In this document: positions 42,064 through 60,800 of the stretch, piece by piece
How the letters are laid out: each line of letters starts with the position of its first letter
Position numbering within the stretch: position 1 is the stretch's first letter
Origin: Auanema rhodensis
Taxonomy: Eukaryota > Animalia > Nematoda
DNA: 64,000 nt
NCBI GenBank assembly: GCA_964057225.1
Contig: OZ059894.1
Location: forward strand, 16,988,001 to 17,052,000
Direction: 5' to 3'
Translations under genes and position numbers: made by a program
Notes under the pieces: model-generated
Told to the model about the DNA's origin: nothing
The model's input: the letters and a program-made list of their open reading frames with translations, nothing else
Databases searched by the model: none

Positions 42064-43239
42064 GCACGAGGCTGATTATCAACTTCTATTCTCAGCATAA
42101 TTAAGCAATTTAACTCAAGTGCAATTCAAAGAAAATATTTACGATCATTCATATTTTTAGAGAAAAGAAACATCTAAAAAAAATATATATTTGACATTTG
42201 TATATATATATATATATATAGAAGTATGAGTATAAAATATTTTAAAATAATTTTTGTTTTAATCATGTATGTATAGTTAAGTTCTGAAACAATGTAGCTT
42301 CAAAAATCTTTTCTAGATTCACAGGTAGAAAATTTACACGTATGTATGCATATTTAATTTCTCTCACTAATTTTCCTATAACTGTGGATATAGAAAAATG
42401 TTTGATCTTTGTGAACTTCCAGTCCCTGTTTCAGTATACTGCCTACGTGGCTATAGTTTTCGCTTGTTTTCCAGAAAGATGTCTGTGAACGAAATAGGAG
42501 GAACAAGAGGTTAAAAGAGAAAAAAAAAGATTTAGATAAAGTGAAAAGAAAATGAAACACAGTGTCAGTTAAGGAGAGCACAAAGAGTTGAAGAAGATTG
42601 CGTTATCGAAAGAATCACCCGTAGACTGTCAAAAGAGCGACGAAAAAGATACAATCTATGCTAGAAGAGTTGTCTTCAGAAGCGAGCCTATACTCCAGTG
42701 TATTTCATGATTTTCTCGACACACATTCCAATCATCTTTTCAATTTGTATCCTGTTAAACTGTGTATGATTTCATTTTCTATTTCTTTAAAACAGGTAAT
42801 TGGTTCTTTATATTCCTCTTTAATCAAACAAAATTCATATTATATTGAATAATTATGATGGATTTATAGTTGTTATTCAAATCTTGCGATAATCTTATTG
42901 GAATGATTTACTTAATGTCTTTGCTTATTCTTTTGAATATAGTATAGTTAGGTCTGGCATCATCTATAACAAAACAAGATTTCAATTTCTTCTTGTTTTT
43001 CTTTAAAATATATAGTTTCATGATTTCAATCACTCGTCTAGTCATCTGACCTCATTTTTTTCGAATCTTATTAATACCATTATAGACGAACAATGTGCAA
43101 ACTTCGTATTATTTTCAAAAAGTTATTTAGCTTAAAATTTATTTTTTCTTTATGAAATATATAATTTTTCTTTAAATTTTTTATCTTATGATCACCGTTT
43201 TCTTCATTTATCCATGCCTTGTCACGAACCTTGTATAAT

Positions 43240-43420
43240 TTTCTTTCATCTGATAACCGTCTACTGGACCACTAACTCTAACATAAACACGTAGACTAGA
43301 AAATATATCCTCAAAGAAGGATCGAACATCGTCGACTGGCTAGAACAAGGAAGGACATTTATTCTCTATATTAACCTGCTTAGATGGATATCGGAAAATA
43401 TCCAATTCATCTACAACATA
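43240..43420 (+). mobile_element. Decayed non-LTR RT N-terminal fragment
   Basis: IVDWLEQGRTFILY...ENIQFI resembles the WL.xGxT.LI.K...NYRPI motif. Similar GC-richer debris lies at ~42350-42720. Confidence 0.35.
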
Positions 43421-43853
43421 CATATGTTTAGAGTTGCCATTTTGACCCCACTCTATTTCTCTTCCCTAACAATATTCGAATGTTTTCCTTCCAAACATTA
43501 GAATTTAATTACATTTTCAAATAAATATATAAGTATTCATTTCTGAAAATCTTTATCTCATTTTATGTTTCTTACTTACTGTTTTTATCTTTTCTTTTAA
43601 CATTCTTCGGATTTATTGTTTGACTTTGCGATTCTGAACACTTTAATAGTATTTCATAAGTTTTGTCGGATATATCCTATCCTTTTACCTTCCGTTAACC
43701 TGATAACGAGAAGTAAAACGATTGAAAAATGCTTACTTTTGCTTTTACATTCATTTCTTCAATCTGTTAGAACATCAGATTCTTGAATATTATATTATTC
43801 TTGTTCAATTTAAATTAATTAAGCTTTACTACAATACATATTGCTTCTTATAC

Positions 43854-46329
43854 ATGGGTCTTGTTGGTGTTGCACTCTTTGTAGGAGTGGCAACATGGAT
43901 ATGTCACTTCCTATATACAAAAGTTAGTTAATTTATAGTACTTTTATTGAATTAACCTCCGTTATTTCACTTAAGTCCTCATTTTTCTCAGGCCAAATAT
44001 ATATATGACCGTTTATCGACCATGCAGGGTCCTGCTGCATTACCTGGAATTGGAAATCTTCTTCAATTCCATTTTAAACCTGAAGGTAACAGAACTAGTT
44101 TCATAGTTTATGAAAGAAAAAAAAAACAAAAAAAAAACTGAAATTTTAGAATTTTTCGAGCAAGCTCAAGGTATCGCTTACATGTTAAGAAGAGGAAATG
44201 AGCGTACTTGTCGTGTATGGTTAGGAGGTAGATTGAAATAAAATATTTCTAATAGATCACTTATATATTAAGGTCTTCCATTTGTTTTATTATATGGTCC
44301 TGATGAAATGGAAGCTGTTTTAGGAAGTCAAAAAATGTTGCATAAACCTGTTCATTATAGCTTTTTATCAGCTTGGATAGGGGAAGGTCTTTTGATTAGG
44401 TATAAACTCTCAAATATTTTACAATGACATTACTATACTTGAAAATCATATATTTTCATCTCGATAATCATTCATATGATTTAAGAAAAAAAAGAATTAA
44501 TATAAGTTCTTAGTTTGCACTATCTCACCTAGTCTTAAATTTATATTTTAGAACGTATTTACACTATTCTTTATTTGATAGATTAAATATCATTTCATTA
44601 AAAAATATTATATAATGTCAAATATGTTCATAAATATTTAAAATATTAAGTGAACCAAAAAAATGGAGAGGCCGAAGAAAACTACTCACACCTACTTTCC
44701 ATTATGATATTTTGAAAGATTTTGTGGAAGTTTATAATCGTCATGGAAATACCTTAGTAAACAAATTCAAAAAATTAAGTGAAGAAAATGTCTTTACAGA
44801 GATTTTCCATAAAGGTATACATTAGTTTAGATTAGTTTGTATTTAATTGAATTTTAGTTTCATATTGTACGTTGGACGTTATATGTGAAGCAGCTTTAGG
44901 AGTCTGTATTGATGCTCAGTTGAAACCAGACTCACCGTATCTTGAGTCGGTATTCAGGTAAGAAACAGAAAAAATTTAATATTTAAAATAAAAATGTAGG
45001 ATGAAATATATTCTTCATCAGCGTATGGTTAAACCAATATATTATCCTGAATTTATATTCAATACCCTTGGAGCTGGAAAAGAACAAAAGAAACACGTGA
45101 AAATTCTACACGACTTTACAGGAAATGTAAGTCCTTTTTGAACTTATTAACTCTCGCTACATACACAACCATTCATTTGCTATGATGTTGAAAAAATAAA
45201 GTGACGCGATTTTCACGTTATTCATTGCAGGTAATTGCTGCACGCAAAAAAAAGGCTGAAGCAGCTGGAGGTGTTCAAAAACTTCTCGAACAAGAAACAG
45301 CTGAAGGTTTGCAGGTTGTTTCATGTTTTTCTGTTTCAGTTCAATACTTTAGGAAGGCGAAGAATGGCTTTCCTTGACTTAATGCTTGATATGAATGCTA
45401 AGGGTGATCTAGATATGGAAGGAATTCAAGAAGAAGTTGATACTTTCACGTTTGAGGTTCACCCAACATTATTCAACACCATTTTCAAGTATTCTATTGT
45501 TTTAAAGGGACACGATACAACTTCAGCAGCAATGAACTGGTTTTTGCATTTGATGGGAACAAACCCTGAAATTCAAGCCAACGTGCATCGTGAAATAGAT
45601 GAAGTTATTAATCACATCCTATTTAAATCAAGCACATAATTATTCAGGTGATTGGAGAATTCGATCGTCCCATCACTTACGAAGATCTTGGGCGCTTCAA
45701 GTATTTGGAGGCTTGCATCAAAGAAACGCTTCGACTGTATCCGTCTGTACCAATAATCGCAAGACAATGCGTTGAAGATCTCCAAATAAGTTTGTGTTTA
45801 TCCCATCTCGCTATTATTTAGTTAGCACGAACGCTTGAAAGAGACAGAATACAATATATCCAAACGATATATAAATTCTTTATTTTTAGAAGATCATATT
45901 TTACCTGCTGGTACTGCTGTAGTGATTGTTCCTTCCATGGTTCATAGGGATCCCAGATACTGGGATGATCCAGAGGTTTTAAATATATTTATATTATTTT
46001 TAGGCATTTCTTTCAGGCATTCCGACCGGAACGCTTTATAGATAATGATTTAAAGCATCCATATGCCTATATTCCGTTTTCAGCAGGAAGTAGAAACTGT
46101 ATAGGTTCATTAAAAGTATTGCAAGCAAGCAAACAATAATTCAATTGTAGGACAACGATTTGCCATTATGGAAGAGAAGTGTATATTGGCATTGATAATG
46201 AAAAACTTACGAGTCGAATCCAAACTTCGTACCCATAAAATGAGAGTTGCAGCGGAATTAATTATTCGCCCATTACACGGTAATCATATCAAATTCCATA
46301 CAAGGCAATACGGAGAATATGCCGCATAA
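43854..46329 (+). CDS. cyp-42A1: Cytochrome P450, CYP4 clan
   Basis: [32 protein letters not shown]...[14 protein letters not shown]; [25 protein letters not shown]; [15 protein letters not shown]; KETLR; PERF; heme motif [12 protein letters not shown]. Confidence 0.93.
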
Positions 46330-46687
46330 ATGTTCTCAATTCAGTTATTTGCTGGACTTATATTGTATTACACATATTATTTGTATTTACATTTCACATT
46401 TTTTATAATACTTTATGTAATATATTAAATATAGATATATTTCCCAGATGAATTTCGATTACGACATCTCAACAAAATCACCACGTTTTGTTATTGCATT
46501 TGATAATTTTAGAGGAACGTGATATGACAAAAAGTGACTCACTTCAAATAGGTAAATAAGATTAACAAGAAAACTAATCTGGGAATATGATTAAAGGTAA
46601 TAAAGCTGCTGTACTATTGCTCCGCAATTGGTCCAGAAACAAAATTTGTCAGAAACAAAATAACGTTGTAAATAAATATATGAGCAA

Positions 46688-50847
<4,160 letters not shown>

Positions 50848-52089
50848 TCTGAAAACAGCAATACAGAGCTAAAATAGTTAGAAGATAGCATATATGCCTA
50901 TGATTCATATTATGAACTTGAATATTATACAAAAATTATGTGGATACTATATTGATCGGAAGAAACGCTTTGAACAAAGAGATAACGATAAGCATACTCA
51001 TATGAGCAGAAATGGCAAAGAGAGTGTACATAAAAAAGAAATGCCTTTTTCTTAAGAAACTAAAATATTGATAATCGTTGAAGAACTTAAAGAAAACTGT
51101 GAGGAAACACGTCAACTTGCATCAAGAAAGACTAAAAAATGATTTGGTTAAGTGCGATATTCGCAAAACCTGATGAATTAAAAGTTGAGAGCAAGTTCAA
51201 AACATAGTAACAAAATAAAACTTGTTGCAATAGACAATCTAGTTGAGTGACCGTATCTTGTTGCTCTGTAGTAACAATAGTAAGCAGAAAAGTAAACAAC
51301 TACGATTATTCTAACCAGCACGTCTTCAGGTTATATGCCGGCTAATTTCTCATTCGACCGTCAAAAATCTACCCCATGCAAATGTTTGTCAATTATAAAG
51401 AAAAGTTAGCAGAAAATCCGAAAATCAACCTCTAATAATCTATCAACCATTTTCTCTCGCACAATCCTAAAAACCAAAAACAAAACTCACTGAGCATCCT
51501 TCCATCATGAACGCAGAATATGGTTACGGAGCTTCCTAAAAATAGTAATATTTATAAAAAGTAGTAAAGCTAAGCAAAATTAAAATAAAGAGAATTATAT
51601 ACTTATGACGTCCTTATAATTGTTTATCAAATAACGATGAAAAGAGCAGGCACTCGAGATATAATACCCCAAGGTCAATTGAATTGAAAAAGTTGAGGAA
51701 GATCGCTCAATTTAAACGTTAAAAGAGCTCTCCAATCAATTTAGCAATTTTTTTCGTACTTGCAAGAGTTTCGCGTTTTTAGATTTATGTAAATGACTTT
51801 TTCATTCTACGTCAAAATGAGTCACGTAAAAAGCGCGCCAACTCATTTTTGAACTCTTTCCCTTTTAAATTAAATTAAAATTGAGATTGAAACAATCTTT
51901 GACGATATTTAAATGAAGCTTCGATCACTTTTACAAAAATACCTTAAACCGCTGAGAATGTGCGCAACCAAGTCATTGTTTCCAGTAAACAGAATGCGAC
52001 ATGAGGGATTACTGTGAAAGAATGCTTCAATCATTCCTTTTCTTGTTTCATACCTTTGAAAACATTCCTATTTTGAATGTATGTAGACC

Positions 52090-54698
52090 ATGTTGTTCAC
52101 CTATTTTGGGTACACTTATGAGAGTAAGTTAAAATTTATTAATGTATTTTAAACATTTAAATTATTTTCTGCTTTGTTCTACAGTAATCTGTCGTTCGAA
52201 TTATTATGAACTAAGTTTAGATCCTTTTGCCGATATTACTGTAACCATGGAAGACGGATTTCCAAAATTACAACCACCTTGTTCAACAGAACCAGTAAAA
52301 CGGTCTGTTCCAGAATTTATGTGAGATGATAATCTTAAATTGTATTTTACTGTTTACTCCTAGAAAAGAGCTGAAATGGCTTGTGATCATTCTTCAAGCA
52401 ATAGTTATAGTCTCAATAGCTCTAATTCTATTCACACTTTTTTTACACCAACCGTTTGTAAGTATTTTTTGATAGAGCCTATAAAAAATTCTTCGGCCTA
52501 TTAGACAAAAGCAACACATCCGATTGAAGATGACATCAATATTATGCCTAATGTTACTCCAGATGTTGCATACACAGAAACAATAGAAAAGAGTATAGCA
52601 GAATTGTTTTCTGGTGAGGAGGAAGAAGATAGTTCAAAAAGTATGATTTTCCTCCTCTTTGCCTTCACATTTTATACAGCGTTTTAAGGCAGAGAGGTAG
52701 AATACGACATTGATTTAAATTCTACTGAAGTTGCAGTATATAGCGATGACGTTGATTGTAGCATGCTGGGAAGGCATGAATATTATTACTTTTGACATTT
52801 AAACGACTCTAATATTAAGATCTATTCTCCTTCGAGGAGGTAATGCCATAGATTCTGCAATTGTAACCACATTTTGCACGTCGGCAGTTCTTCCACAACG
52901 ATGCGGATTAGGAGGAGGTTTGATGGCTACCGTTTTAAAAAACGGAATATGCAAAACTGTTATAGCCAGGTAAGCTATTCTAAAAATAATTATAAACCAA
53001 ATATTGAAAATCAATTTCACCTTTCCTTTTGAAAGGGAAACCACTGGAATAGCTGCGCAAGCTAGCAACTTTTCACGGCGACCAGTCGAAGCGATCGAAG
53101 GTCTGTTTGCTTTTTGTTGGGCTTTGAATGACTTCCCAATTTTTTAAGGACCAAAAGCAATTGGAATACCTGGCTTTCTTAGCGGCTTGTTCACCTTGTA
53201 CCAGGATTACTCGTCAAAAAAATTGTCTTGGAAGCAACTGCTTTTACCTATCATAGAGATGTGTCGGTAAAGCAATATATCTATTTGTTTCCATGAAACT
53301 AAAATGCAGACGCGGAATACGAGTCAAAAAAGAACTGGCGAACGATTTGATCGACTTGAAAACAAAAATCTTACTTGATCCTTTTATGAGGTATTTAATC
53401 AATTCAAACCAAGTTGAATTTGGTTTTCTAGGGATACGTTCATTAATAAAGACACGCATGACACTTTGAAAGAAGGGGATATAATGTATTGCTCAAGTTT
53501 AGCCGACACAATGACAGAAATATCAGAGTACGAAGACGAAGGAGACAGCTTTTACAAAGGAGGAACAGTTGGCCAACAACTAATAAAAGAACTTCAGGAT
53601 AAAGGTATTTTATCATTTTTTATTCTATTATTATTTTATAATTTATATGATATATTTATAGGAGGAATTTTAACCGCTGAGGATTTTGAAGATTATGTTT
53701 CGGAAAAGAAAGATGGTTTAACATCAAAAATCAACGAAGATGTATTAATGTGTGGGCCACAGTTCCCATCTGTATTTCTAAATATTCAACAAGCTATTCG
53801 AGCTTCAAAAGGTCTATTTTTCAAAATTATTACCATTCAAAACAATAATTTCAGAACACCCTGAATATATTCAAGATATTATTGGATTATCAAAAAAAGA
53901 TTCAGAAATCGCAGGAGATTTATTATTTTCTTCTCGTTTAAAAGCCATATCAGAAATACTGCTTCAAGAGAATTCATCAAATTCTTTGATAGACAGATTG
54001 AAACGAGGTGAACGGAGTCCATCTGTGAGTTTATAACATATTCTCTTTTTAAACTTAAATGAGAACAGTATAAAAAACTAGTTTAGAAAGACGAGTTTAA
54101 AGATGCAGGTACATCAGTCTTAGTAATAGACGAAACAGGTCTAGCTGTCGCTATGAGTAGTTCTATTGGACAAAAGTAAAACAGAGATTAAATTGTAAAA
54201 TTTAAAAAAAAAATATTTTTTTCAGATTTGGAAGTAAAATTTATAGTCGATATGGATTTTTTATGAATAATGCCATGGCATCTTTCGATCATAATAATTA
54301 TGAAAGTATAGTAAGACTAGAAGACAGTGAGTTTCAGCAGAATTTTTAATTCATTTAATACTTAGCAAACTTAAATCCAAACTAAATTATTGTGATCATA
54401 GGACATTCAAATATTCTACAGCCAGGCAAATCACCAAGAAGTTTGTTAAGTCCGATAATTGGATATAACACAAATACAGTATGCCATATAATTTAAAAAA
54501 ATAAAAAAGATATTAAAACTTTAGAGAAATATTTCATTCATTACCTCTGGAACGGATTTTTCATCTATAGTTCATTCCATTGTTTCAATATTTGATAAAT
54601 CTGTACGAAATTTCAATTCCACAACACCCTTAATCTTCGTGAGAGCTCAAATCGCCGAGTTAATGTTCGGTTTATCATCGAACCTAGTTGGATATTGA
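52090..54698 (+). CDS. Divergent gamma-glutamyl transpeptidase-like type II membrane protein
   Basis: [24 protein letters not shown]; [25 protein letters not shown]; ARE; [10 protein letters not shown]; FYKG; [12 protein letters not shown]; GTSVLVID; FGS; MNNAM; ends NLVGY*. The start codon is uncertain. Confidence 0.85.
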
Positions 54699-55126
54699 AT
54701 TATATTATTTTTATTTTATATAAAAATGTTTATATGCCATATATAATATTTATTAACTTGTATTATTTCATTATATGTAAGTAGTATTAACTATAAATAT
54801 GATAAATATTTATTAAGCTACATAAGTATATGGAAGAAAAAAACATGTATTACATATTGCATATATTACAAATAGCTTCAAAAGGTTCATAAGGGAATTC
54901 TGTTTTCACATTTTCAAGAACATAAAATTTAGCTATGCTTTTCCCTATGCTACATTCATATAGTTAACGTTGTGTTTCACTTCATTGTGGCAATGTGAAA
55001 AGAGTTCAAGACCTTCAATTAATCTTTACGTTCAATAGACATTTTACCTATAGAGACTTTAAAAAGCTATAGCGAACAGCAGGTTTATTCAAACTTATGT
55101 CAGAGGTACAAATGCTCCCGTGAGAT

Positions 55127-55731
55127 ATGCGTCTCAAATTTATTTTATTTTTTCTAATAATTGTATTCGTATTAGCAGAAGATGATGAATTAGAGGTACA
55201 ATACTTGATTGAAAAGCAATAATTCACATTTTTATTACAGGAAGGAAATGAATTAGGCGAACAATTTCAATGTAATTTCTGCATTCATTCGCGAAAAAAA
55301 AAAGATATGTTTGAAGAAGTTAATCAAAATCCGGACTGTATGAACAAGCTGAAATTTGGCTCAAGAACTGACATGCGACGAATTTGTGCTAGCCGTGAAA
55401 AATATTGCATGGTAGAAAAATATATAAATAATGTTTATAAGCACGTTTTATTCTAGTCCACAGTAACAAATTTGAATGGATTCTTTGTTCTAGTGGAAAG
55501 GGATTGCTCTGAGCAATGTGATGAAGGTATAAAACTAAAATAAAACTTTTCTATGTTTTTCGTTTTTCAGGATGTGAAGAAAGAGGTTACGGATTATTTT
55601 ATACTGAATGTACAAGATGTTGTCAATCTACTTTATGTAATGACTGGGATGGAAAACATTATTATATGCCAAATAGTGAAGCACATGTTATTATATTATG
55701 GTTTTTCATGCTTGTATTAATAATTTTTTGA
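55127..55731 (+). CDS. Ly6/uPAR (three-finger, sleepless/quiver-like) probable GPI-anchored protein (4 exons)
   Basis: Signal peptide; FQCNFC...C...C..REKYC...[12 protein letters not shown]...C..CCQSTLCN; hydrophobic C-terminal tail. Confidence 0.85.
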
Positions 55732-56486
55732 CAAAAGAAGCTATATTTAACTGACAATTATTAATCAGCTTATATTAAGAATAATTTTATTTATTATATT
55801 TTTATAAATTTCTTGTGGATGGGCTCGGTATAATATTTTTTTAAATCTATACAAAGCTATTTTATTGAGAATAAAAGTGTCGTAAGTTGATTTTGGAGGA
55901 CTTAGTGTTCTGAATAAGTCATTAACATATAATATTCGAAGTCCACGTGGCACGTAAATCAAGAAAAATAGTCGAAAGTAGAACTTCTTATTTCTCTTTG
56001 AACGATTGTACGAGTTGGTCGTCTTAAGAAATCGTGTTTAACAGCAAATTTTAATTAAAATGTGACAAATTAAAGATTGAGGTATTCATTTGTATTTTAG
56101 TTAATAGTTGGTTTTAAATTAACAAATCAAGTTATAAAATAACTTTATACTAAATTCTTTTACTTTTTATATTTGAAAAATTTGTAGCAAAGCAAATCCA
56201 AAAAATGGAAGCAAAGATATAAGGAATATCAACAAAATGCCACCCATATAGTTTTCATTTCGTTGTTCTTTAAAGAAAGGCTCATATCAAATCAAGTAAT
56301 AAGGCTTTGTAGAACAAGATAGCTGGCGTCATCTACATGCGCTGTACACATCCTTATCAGGTACATGGAAGAAAAAGCCCGAAAATCATTGTTTTCATTG
56401 CATTCTTAAACATGTCTCTCTTTTCTAATTCTGAAATTATTACATTATATTTCAGTCAAATTGAATTAGTCTAGTTACCGACAACT

Positions 56487-57883
56487 ATGAATGTTCCGCA
56501 TCACGACTCGTTATATGATTTTTATGCTGCAGTAAGTTACAAGTAGCTTTTTTAGTAATCAATATCATTTTTTATTATTTGTTTCAAACCTTTATCAGTC
56601 TATTTCAATTTCAAAGTCACTTATTGATTTTGATTTACAAAGAATTCAGTTTCTATCACTTGGGTTAGTAAGGCGCTTAAGGAATCTTTAAAAAGTTTAA
56701 CCTTTTTTCCTCATTCGTGTGATTTAAAATTCTAATATAACATAAATGCGCGCAATGCAAATCATTTGAGATGTCAAATGCTTCAGCTGATGTTCATTCT
56801 ACTGGAAGTGCCATCTTACCAATTTATCTAGAGATGACATAACTCTTAGTAGAAAGTCTAAACTACATTTAACTCGTCTCTCCTGTGCCTACATGATTTA
56901 TAAAACAAATAATACAAAGAACGTTTGATCTTTAGTATTTTTTGGAGAATTCTGGTTCATTTGGATTATTGATTGGTGCCTAATTAAAGTATGAATAGAG
57001 AGTTCCAGAGAAAACACACTCTGTCTTAATAGTGAGAGAGACTGTGAGAAACAACGAAAGGATGTAAATTTATATCATCAATATCCAATGCAATGTGACT
57101 TTAAATAGTTTTTTAATGGAATGTCTAACTTAACTTTTCCAACAAATTATGATATTGCGTACAATAACAAAGAAATTTAAATGCAATTGACTCATCACTA
57201 TGCTGCATTTTAAGTTGTGAATTTGACATGGACTTCAATTCATTTTATCTTGTTGATAAATGGCCGCTCCCGTAATGTAAAGTATACTATTAGTGCCACC
57301 TAACATCAATTTTGTTGAAGCAACAATCAATACTCCTAATTTATAAGCGCATGTAAAAATGTAGAAAGTAGGAGGGAAGTGGTGAACGTATTAAGTTAAG
57401 ATGAGAGACGAATAAGATGAAAGAAAATGTAGAGGAAAACGCGCGAGATGAACTGAAGGGTCCTATGCTACTATATTTCGAACGACATGTTGCTTCAGTT
57501 ATATTGGCTGTTCTAATTTCAATGGCAATAGAAAACGAGCTGAAACTATGATCGAAATGTATCTCTATTTGTATGTCTTAGTATATAATATATATGTTAG
57601 AAATTTCTATTAGCTTCAGATACAAATGGAGAATTATGTTTCAGTTATAGTTTGTGAATATCTCCAGCTCTTTTTATAGCCATTTATCTATCTGTCTATC
57701 TATCCATACATTTATAAGAACATGACGATTGATCATAACAATGCTTTTGCAGATGCCATCGTTGTCATTTTCTGGCTCGAGGCATTCTCCATCCGAGGGT
57801 TATTCTTCGTCGTTCAGTGAAAGTTTATTTTTTGATAGCCGTAATCCATTTTCGTCATCATCAGCTCCACCTAAACCTCCAAG
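56487..57883 (+). CDS. First exons of an unidentified large-intron gene continuing beyond the window
   Basis: MNVPHHDSLYDFYAA|gtaagt (56487-56531) joins in frame to ttgcag|MPSLSFSGSRHSPSEGYSSSFSESLFFDSRNPFSSSSAPPKPP(R/S)|gtcagt (57753-57883). Confidence 0.55.
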
Positions 57884-60800
57884 GTCAGTTTTCTTTTCTT
57901 ATTTCATTTCTTTATTTTTTTTTAATTATTTACATTTTTTTGAATTTTTTATGGACTTTATATTCTTGAAGTATTAGTTGATATGTATGCGTATTTTCTC
58001 TATCTCTTAATTCGTTATTTCATTTCATTTAGCTCATCTATGAATTCCTTTCTTTTGCACTTCTCCCTCCTTCATTCATTTCCCGATGATAACTCTTTTT
58101 CTCTTCATGCATCAGAAGCTTTCAGATATTTAGAAGTCTGAGTAGTTGCCCACGTAATAGTAGACTACTCTTTGATTTTCTAGAAATTCATCCGGAAACT
58201 TCACCATTAGTAATTTTGTTTTGGCTTTATTCAATGATACAACTCACTTTGATTGTAAACATGTGTTCAAATTGCTTCGGATTTTACTTCGAACAGTACA
58301 CAGCTAGAACTCTGTTGAATTCACACTTCATCCTTCATTTAACATTCTGTGTCTCGACATGCTTTATGAGAATATATTATACTTCTCTCTAAGATTGTTG
58401 TACATAATCAGCATAATTGTGAATTTTTTTGCATTTTCCTTTAGGGCATAATCATAAATCACATATAATCGAGGTTTGTACGTGAAAGAAAATATGATGT
58501 TTCTCCTTAATTCAAATACGAAAGTCCAGAAATGCTTCGTAGCATAGAACCGAAAGATGTATTGGGCGCGACAAAACAGAACCTTTTTATATGAAACAAA
58601 GCATTGACATATAGCATATATATGTATGTATCGAAAATTAAGAATGAGCCTGAATATTTTTTATCGCTTGTACGAAAAATTTGTAAATAAGCAATGACTT
58701 GCAGATGTTTTTATTTATATGTTTTTTCCATTCAACTATACGGTTTTTTTCCTATTTTTCATGTGGAATTTCTGATTCCCTGGCTTCCCATCGCATTTTT
58801 GGCTCATTTCTAAGCATTTTTAGGTCATCATCGTAGTTGTGTTTACACGAGACATGTAGAGTTACCCATCAACCTTCCATATTTAGGTACATGTCTACTT
58901 GCTTACATACCTTTTTCGTCAAAATATCTGCCAAATATCACTCAATGTTGGTCCACACATTTTCTTTCTTTTCCTACTTATTTGTTTTTCAATGCATAAT
59001 TATGCATATAGATGGATAGCTATCATTTTAATCTTGCCTTTATTCTTTTATTTTCGAAACTTACGACATTATTTCTCCTAAAATTTTGGAAACTTTAGCC
59101 CAATTCGTCAACATGCCTCATATGAACCAAGTGGAAGTGTAAGCTAAACAATAACCTTTACTTTAGTATACGTCATTTTGCTGCTTATTTTAGCTACGTA
59201 ATTTCTATAAAATAAGCAACAAAATTCATAAGTGCTAGAAGTGAAAAAAAGAAAAGAAAAGAGTTTGTGAAGAATTGGTTTAGTCCGCTCTCTCTATATG
59301 AAGTTCCCGTTTTGATATCCTAGTTACGGAGCTTTAACGTTTGCTATGGCTAACTGGTCAGCTCAGAAGTTGCTAACTAACCTTCTGCTCATGACCAGCT
59401 TGAATCGAGAATGTCTGCAATCTCTACATTTCATTCAATATTTCTCACGATCGATTCTGGCCAGCAGCTTTTACATAAGCTCGACCACACAGCCTGAGAG
59501 ATAGAGAAAACTGGGTGAGTCTAGGGCATGCCGAGAGCATTCTTCGACAACCCTTTTTGCCTTTTATTTCTCTATTTTCTCTTCTCACTTAACATCCGTT
59601 CTCTTTGCTCCCTGTATAATCCTTTTTGCTCTCTCAATATCTCTTTTTGACCCATCGCCCCTTCTGCTATCCTGGTTATTCAAAGAAGTCGACGTGCCAA
59701 CCTAGTAAGACAAGAATGGAATTCAATAAGTATTATTTTCTTTTCTTTGGTTAGCTCTTGTCAAGCTACTATCCACCATTTCTTTTATTTTATTTCTCAC
59801 TCTTTCCTTTTGTCTTTTTCTTTTATGCTGTCACTTTATTATTTCTTTTCTTATTCATTTATTCTGTATGATTTTACTTTTATTACAAGAAATCTGAAGT
59901 AAGTGCTGTTCCACTAGATATTTGAAAGAGGTATTCTGAGACTATTATTTTGTTTAAATGAGTGAAGAAGATTAGCTTTCAAATTTGAAAGAAATTATGT
60001 TTTTAATAAAGTTATGGAAATATCCGGTTGGCTTGCATTTCATGGCGGGCAATTATGCCAATTAAAAGAATAGCTTTACCAGTGCTTTCAAATGTTGGTG
60101 ACAACTGATTAAGACAACTACAAAATCAAATCATTGATCCATAGTTCATTAGCTGAGAATAATATCTCATTGTTCCTTCATGTCTTTACCAGTATGCCAT
60201 TGTTTGATCTATTTAATGTTGAAGCAGCAGTGTCTGATGAAAGCCTCAAAATTTTCCAGATCAAGCGTCACTCTTCGTCATCGTATGCCTTCTTAGTCGC
60301 TAAACGAACAAACGAGTATGAGAATTTGAAAGCCTAAAGTCATATTGAGCTACCCAGTCTGAGCTAAATAGTCAAACCACTTAAGGTTATTAACCTATTT
60401 GCTAACTTCATCTATAATCATTTTGGGTTAGAGAAGTTGATGCTCAGCTATTACTTGAAACTTGAATTAATGAGCTTAACCTACAAGTCAAATACTGGTT
60501 TTTTTGCTAAACTTTTCCAATACCATAAACGTTTTAACACCACATGAATGGAAATGACACTAGTGCTCCCGTAGTGCAATGATTTTATTTTTCTGTTCAT
60601 TTCTTAAAATTGCAATATGCTTATTAATTTCTTTCATTTGTAAAGAGTTTCTAATCAATAACATAGTTCATTTATATGCAAGTTGTGGACTAATTTAGAA
60701 TTACCTTTTTATATCGAGCATGCTTGTAGTTTCTCCAAATTAAAGTATATAACCTATAATCGTTGAGCTTGTGCTGTTTTACATTTTGATTTTCTTACAC

